Program-made: the position numbers and the translations under genes
The notes under the pieces: model-generated
Seen by the model: the letters and a program-made list of their open reading frames with translations, nothing else
Told to the model about the DNA's origin: nothing
Databases searched by the model: none
In this document: positions 59,567 through 64,000 of the stretch, piece after piece
Position numbering within the stretch: position 1 is the stretch's first letter
Layout: each line of letters opens with the position of its first letter
NCBI GenBank assembly: GCA_030753015.1
Contig: JASMDC010000015.1
Coordinates: 1-64,000 of the forward strand
DNA: 64,000 nt
Direction: 5' to 3'
From: Candidatus Undinarchaeales archaeon
Lineage (GTDB): Archaea; SpSt-1190; JASMDC01

Positions 59567-59842
59567 GTGAAAGGGCGACGTACCAATTACGAGATCTATT
59601 GGGAGATCCTGGTCTTCTGCCGTGAACCCAGATCGTTCACCAGTATTATCAATCGTTGCGATCTGAACTCAAAGATCGGGCAGCAGCATATCCAGTTCCT
59701 CACGGACAAGAAGTTCCTTTCGATCGAGACCCTCGAGAAGAAGAGATCGTACACCACTACAGAACAAGCTCACGAATATATCAGCCTTTTTTCACAACTA
59801 TATCGAAAGATGTATGACAGTGCCCCGGAATTCAAACTGTGA
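59567..59842 (+). CDS. Archaeal winged-helix regulator
   Basis: RRTNYEIYWEIL...TSIINRCDLN...YTTTEQA. Confidence 0.78.
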   Translation: MKGRRTNYEIYWEILVFCREPRSFTSIINRCDLNSKIGQQHIQFLTDKKFLSIETLEKKRSYTTTEQAHEYISLFSQLYRKMYDSAPEFKL

Positions 59843-59883
59843 ATGCTCGCTAAGGACCCGTTAGCATACGATCAACATGAGAA

Positions 59884-59899
59884 TGGTGCGCCGGTCGGG
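59884..59899 (-). repeat. Repeat A, copy 4
   Basis: TGGTGCGCCGGTCGGG. Confidence 0.8.
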
Positions 59900-60224
59900 G
59901 ACACAACCTTTATAGGTTCGTGAGGTCTCGCCATCCATTGTCCTAACGGACCTGTTGTGGGGACATTGCCGGCCTTCGCTGGATTGAACACCAGTGTCTC
60001 CACAACTGCTTTCCCCCATCCTTGCATATAATCCCACCAGCGAAGGCTGCGGATCGATAGAAGGGATGCCGATCCTACAAGATTCCCTGCTGTTGAGCAA
60101 GATAACGAGGGGCGTCTCCAGTATCCCATATCCCCCTGTTCATCGATAGGACCTGCCTACGGGATGTGGATCGAACCCTTTGCCACCCACCGTATTTTCC
60201 TTGAGCGAACACCGAGAGAAGGGA

Positions 60225-60315
60225 TGGTGCGCCGGTCGGGACCTGGACCCGTTCTTTTTTCTGACAGGCCCTGAACGCCAGATGACCGTTTGGGATATTG
60301 TTAAAAGAACGGACC
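60225..60315 (-). repeat. Repeat A, copy 5 (most complete tRNA T-arm/acceptor/CCA mimic)
   Basis: Reverse complement of 60225-60251 is CGGGTCCAGGTCCCGACCGGCGCACCA. Confidence 0.88.
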
Positions 60316-60336
60316 ATCGACTCTGGACGGATGATC

Positions 60337-61068
60337 ATGAAAGCCATCCTGCACACAAGATACGGACCTGCCGACGAGCTTGAGCTCACAGAGGTCCCCA
60401 GACCGGTCCCCGGGGACAACGAGGTCTCGATCAAGGTGCATGCGACGGCAGTGACGACGGGCGACTGCAACGTCCGGAACCTCACGTTCGCGCCCAGAGA
60501 TTTCAAGATCCCTGTGCGGTTGTTCCTGGGGATAAGAACACCTCGGATCAAGATACTTGGGAACGAGGTGGCCGGAGTGATCGAGGCCGTCGGCAAGGAC
60601 GTCACGCGGTTCGCGGTCGGTGACAAGGTCTTCGGGACCCCCGGCGCTGCCATGGGCGCCCATGCCGAGTACCTGTGCATGCCCGAGGACGGAGTGCTGG
60701 CGATAAGACCTGACCCGATGAGCTGGGAGGAGGCCGAGGTAGTCATCGCCGAGCACGACGGTGCGCCCGTCGGGTTCGCCCTCTTCTTCCATAACTACTC
60801 GACGTTCCTGGGACGGCACGGCATCTACATCGAGGACCTGTACGTCCGGCCCGAGCATCGAGGGAAGGGGTGCGGGAAACAGCTGCTCGCCCATCTTGCC
60901 GACCTTGCCGTCGAGCGGGGGTGCGGGCGATTGGAGTGGTGGGTCCTCGACGTCAACCGGCCTGCCATCGACTTCTACGGGTCTCTGGGAGCGCAGGCGA
61001 TGGACGAGTGGACCGTGTACAGGCTGACCGGAAAGGAGCTGGGGCGGCTGGCCGCAGGCGGGCGGTGA
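60337..61068 (+). pseudogene. In-frame chimera: MDR/Zn-ADH N-terminal domain fused to a GNAT C-terminal part
   Basis: MKAILHTRYGP...GAHAEYL...MSWEEA joined at about 60735 to EVVIAE...FFHNYSTFLG...YIEDLYVRPEHRGKG. Confidence 0.85.
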
Positions 61069-61075
61069 GCAGTCG

Positions 61076-61549
61076 CTACGAGAAGCTGCCGTACACCGTG
61101 ATCGGCGTCGTCACGTTCTCGAACCCGCGGTCCTCCAGCGCTGCCGCCAGGTCGTGGAACGCCACCTCGTCCATCTTCGAGCTCCGGAACTCGACCGACA
61201 CGTTCACCTTGTCAGAACTGAAGGTGCCGCCGCGCTCGTACCGGATGGTGCCATGAGCGACCGTGTGGATGTAATGGTCGTCCGGGGGATCGGCCGGCTC
61301 GAACTTGAAGTTCATGTAGATGGGATCGCGCTCGTCGTGGCCGACCTCCAGGTCGAGGCCCAGGTCCTTGTTGGCCAGCTCGAGAGCGAACTCGGCGTCA
61401 CGGTAGCCCTTGTTGATCTCCTGCTCGTCCATGCCCTTGCCGAACAGGCCAAGGAACTTGCCTGCGTCCATGGTGAAGTCGGCGTACCCGTCGCCGTGGA
61501 TCATGTTGACGGCCTCGCCGCCGTACTCGGTGAGCGCGCAGTATCCCAT
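61076..61549 (-). CDS. Acidic hypothetical protein
   Basis: Host-like codon usage; TATA-like element near 61588. Confidence 0.6.
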   Translation of the reverse strand: MGYCALTEYGGEAVNMIHGDGYADFTMDAGKFLGLFGKGMDEQEINKGYRDAEFALELANKDLGLDLEVGHDERDPIYMNFKFEPADPPDDHYIHTVAHGTIRYERGGTFSSDKVNVSVEFRSSKMDEVAFHDLAAALEDRGFENVTTPITVYGSFS

Positions 61550-61618
61550 AAGATTACCGTCCTTACTGACCGCGCGCTGGATCCCGGTATTTAAGGTTTG
61601 CCCGGGGGTGACGGACGC

Positions 61619-62353
61619 TCACGCCAGCTCGTAGATGTGCGTGACGGGGTCCGAGTAGACAAGCCAGAACCCATCGATACGCGCCCCGACGAAGGCATCC
61701 CCCAGGACCGTCCCCTTGACGGGCCCCGGTTCACGGCCTGCTGCGATGAAGATGGCGTCGGCCTTGGCAGCGTCCTCGGCATGGACGTACAGGTACCCTG
61801 CGCCGTGGACCTTCATCACCGTTCGTGTATCGGCGGGATCGTAGGCGAGCAGTGCATCTGCCACGTCCCGGACGAGCGCGTGGGGCACGCAGTCGGGGCA
61901 GATGATGTCGTCTGCGGGCATCCCCAGGTACTTGGATACCGTCACCGGCAACAGCTCCCTCGAGGGTGCGTCGATCACCGGCTCGCGCTCGCCGTAGGCG
62001 CGGATGGCATGACCGTAGTCCCACCATGAAAGGACGTGCGCGTCCGGCGGCGTGTTCCTGTGCAGCCAGTCGAGGCCGGGCCGCATGGAGCGCGGGAGCG
62101 TCTGGTCGGGGATGATGGTGCGGTTGCCCCTGGTGTACCGCATAAGGGTGATCTCTCGCGCGGCCGTGCCGTGGCCGACCTCCTCGGTGACAAGCTCCAG
62201 GTCGTACCTGCCGCCGATACGCTCGACGTTCTCATCGATATTCCCGGGGCCGTCTGGATTCCCGTACCCCGTTCCGTCCAAGTAGTTGATGGAGATGATC
62301 GCACAAATGATCAGGATCCCGAGGCCCGTCAGCACGTACCGGGTGTCCGTCAT
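61619..62353 (-). CDS. Stand-alone oligosaccharyltransferase (AglB/STT3) C-terminal-domain protein
   Basis: LDWLHRNTPPDAHVLSWWDYGHAI; only one N-terminal TM helix. Confidence 0.78.
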   Translation of the reverse strand: MTDTRYVLTGLGILIICAIISINYLDGTGYGNPDGPGNIDENVERIGGRYDLELVTEEVGHGTAAREITLMRYTRGNRTIIPDQTLPRSMRPGLDWLHRNTPPDAHVLSWWDYGHAIRAYGEREPVIDAPSRELLPVTVSKYLGMPADDIICPDCVPHALVRDVADALLAYDPADTRTVMKVHGAGYLYVHAEDAAKADAIFIAAGREPGPVKGTVLGDAFVGARIDGFWLVYSDPVTHIYELA

Positions 62354-62415
62354 CCTGCAATTGATTCAGGCGTGGATGCCATAAATACGTGCTGAGCGCA
62401 AAAAAGGCCTTAAAA

Positions 62416-63117
62416 TCAGGCCTTTTGGGGCTTACTTTCAACGTTCACGACGCTCCCGACGCCCACCTGGCGGAAGGTGCGGGGGAACAGCTCGGGGAAC
62501 CGGTCCGGCTCCCGAGTGCAGTGGCACGGGGCCACCAGAGAGAGGTTTTCCAGCTGCCCGGGGTCCTTTGCGTCATGCATCCCGCCCAGGATGCCCCTGA
62601 CCCGGCCGTGTAGGCTCGCTGCATCCAGCACCGGGGCAAAGCCGGGATGACAGCACCCGGTGACTGCCAGAACGCCGGTCCCGGCGTCGACGACCAGCGC
62701 CTGCTCTTTCAGTTCACCGCCCAGAGCCGGTGTCGTGCGCACGCCCGGCACCACCCTGCTGCCGTCCTCGGTCCCCGTCACCGAAACGTCGGCGCGGTTG
62801 GACAGCTCGATGCGCAGGTGTCGGGGGATGCCCTCGGGAACGTACAGCGGCACATCCCCCCTGGCCTCGAGGAAGCGTGCGAGACCCCCCAGATGGTCCC
62901 AGTGCGGGTGCGAGAGCACCACGGCATCGACCGACCGGATATCCACTCTCAGCTCTGCCATGTTGTGCAGGAGAAGTCCGCCGTCGAAGCCAGCGTCGAA
63001 CAGTACCTTTCCGCCGGGCACCTCTGCGAGGCAGGAAAAGCCCCAGCCGCAGCGCAGCGAGGTCGAAGCACCTGGCGCGAGCCGGTTGTCGTACAGCACC
63101 GTCAGGCGCGCGGTCAT
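62416..63117 (-). CDS. MBL-fold metallo-hydrolase
   Basis: TVLYDN, WGFS, LFDAG, SHPHWDHLGG, TGCCHPG, GGMH, PCHCT. Confidence 0.88.
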   Translation of the reverse strand: MTARLTVLYDNRLAPGASTSLRCGWGFSCLAEVPGGKVLFDAGFDGGLLLHNMAELRVDIRSVDAVVLSHPHWDHLGGLARFLEARGDVPLYVPEGIPRHLRIELSNRADVSVTGTEDGSRVVPGVRTTPALGGELKEQALVVDAGTGVLAVTGCCHPGFAPVLDAASLHGRVRGILGGMHDAKDPGQLENLSLVAPCHCTREPDRFPELFPRTFRQVGVGSVVNVESKPQKA

Positions 63118-63129
63118 AGCAGCCGTCCC

Positions 63130-64000
63130 TCACCGCATGTAGAAGAGGTCTTCTGCTGGCTCCTCCTTGATCTGGGGAGCAGCGAGCGCCTTCTGTACGA
63201 GCTCGTAGAACTTCTTGACCTCCTTGGTAAGAGAGGGGTGCACCTTCTCGCGGGCCTTCTCGAACTCCGCCAGGGAGACCTGCTTGGCCTCCATGTCCTT
63301 GCGGAGGGCAAAGATGGCCGACTCGCGACAGATGGCCTCCAGGTCGCTGCCAACGCAGTTCTCGGTCTCCTTGGCCAGCTTCTTGAGGTTCACGTCCTTT
63401 GCCAGCGGCATGTTCTTGGTGTGCACCTTCAGGATCTCGAGACGCGCTGCCTCGTCGGGAGCGCCAACAAGGATGTGGCGGTCGAACCGGCCCGCGCGCA
63501 TGAGCCCGCGGTCGATGATGTCCGGTCGGTTCGTGGCGCCGATGATGACCACGTCCTGGAGGTCCTCCAGCCCGTCGATCTCGGTGAGCATCTGGTTGAC
63601 GACCCGTTCCTCGGCCTTGTGCGAGCCCTCTCCCCCGCGGGAGGACGCGATGGCGTCCAGCTCGTCGAAGAACACCACCGTGGGCGCTACCTGGCGAGCC
63701 TTGCGGAAGATCTCCCGGATGGCCTTCTCGGATTCGCCCAGCCACTTGGAGAGGACCTCGGGGCCCTTGACCGAGATGAAGTTGGCCTCGCTCTCGTTGG
63801 ACACGGCCTTTGCGAGCAGGGTCTTTCCGGTGCCCGGCGGTCCGTAGAGGAGGATGCCCGTGGGCGGTCTGATGCCCAATCGGTCGAACGCGGCCTTGTT
63901 CTTTAGCGGCCATTCCACGGCCTCGACCAGCTCCTGCTTGATGTCAGCGCAGCCGCCGATGTCGTCCCACGTGATGTTCGGTACCTCGACCAGCACCTCG
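63130..64000 (-). CDS. cdc48: CDC48/VCP AAA ATPase, C-terminal (D2) part
   Basis: [47 protein letters not shown]. Confidence 0.95.
   Translation of the reverse strand, partial: EVLVEVPNITWDDIGGCADIKQELVEAVEWPLKNKAAFDRLGIRPPTGILLYGPPGTGKTLLAKAVSNESEANFISVKGPEVLSKWLGESEKAIREIFRKARQVAPTVVFFDELDAIASSRGGEGSHKAEERVVNQMLTEIDGLEDLQDVVIIGATNRPDIIDRGLMRAGRFDRHILVGAPDEAARLEILKVHTKNMPLAKDVNLKKLAKETENCVGSDLEAICRESAIFALRKDMEAKQVSLAEFEKAREKVHPSLTKEVKKFYELVQKALAAPQIKEEPAEDLFYMR

Noticed and set aside
59872-60129. WWDY in a short minus-strand ORF as a second OST fragment
   Set aside because: It lacks the following Gly and the surrounding AglB context; the segment remains unidentified
55691-60315. Repeat A as a CRISPR array
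   Set aside because: Spacing is 0.3-1.6 kb and irregular, the intervals contain genes, and no cas genes are present

Overview
GC-rich chromosomal DNA from an archaeon, shown by the intron-containing tRNA-Phe, TATA-box promoters, CDC48, a class III signal peptide and an AglB-type WWDYG domain. A DPANN-like uncultured lineage is my inference only. The housekeeping backbone comprises rnfA/rnfB, a divergent ATP-type PEP carboxykinase, dcd, pgi, a LeuC/LeuD/LeuB-family cluster, radical SAM enzymes, a CNNM/CBS transporter and surface proteins. Four mobile elements can be delimited by eye: an IS21 (5258-7613) splitting a membrane hydrolase gene; a TnpB-only IS200/IS605 (IS1341-type) element; an IS1182 (12389-14256) inserted exactly in the loop of that element's right-end hairpin; and an IS1634 (46772-48497) splitting a GNAT gene. 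The most unusual region is about 46.4-61.1 kb. It is a mosaic of stress/metal genes and gene fragments punctuated by five copies of a tRNA-3'-end-like repeat and three to four copies of a second unnamed repeat, with no integrase in the window. A recurring pattern of displaced gene 3' tails also runs through the window, the clearest being a diverged copy of the last 20 pck codons. All calls come from motif recognition by eye; no database searches were run.
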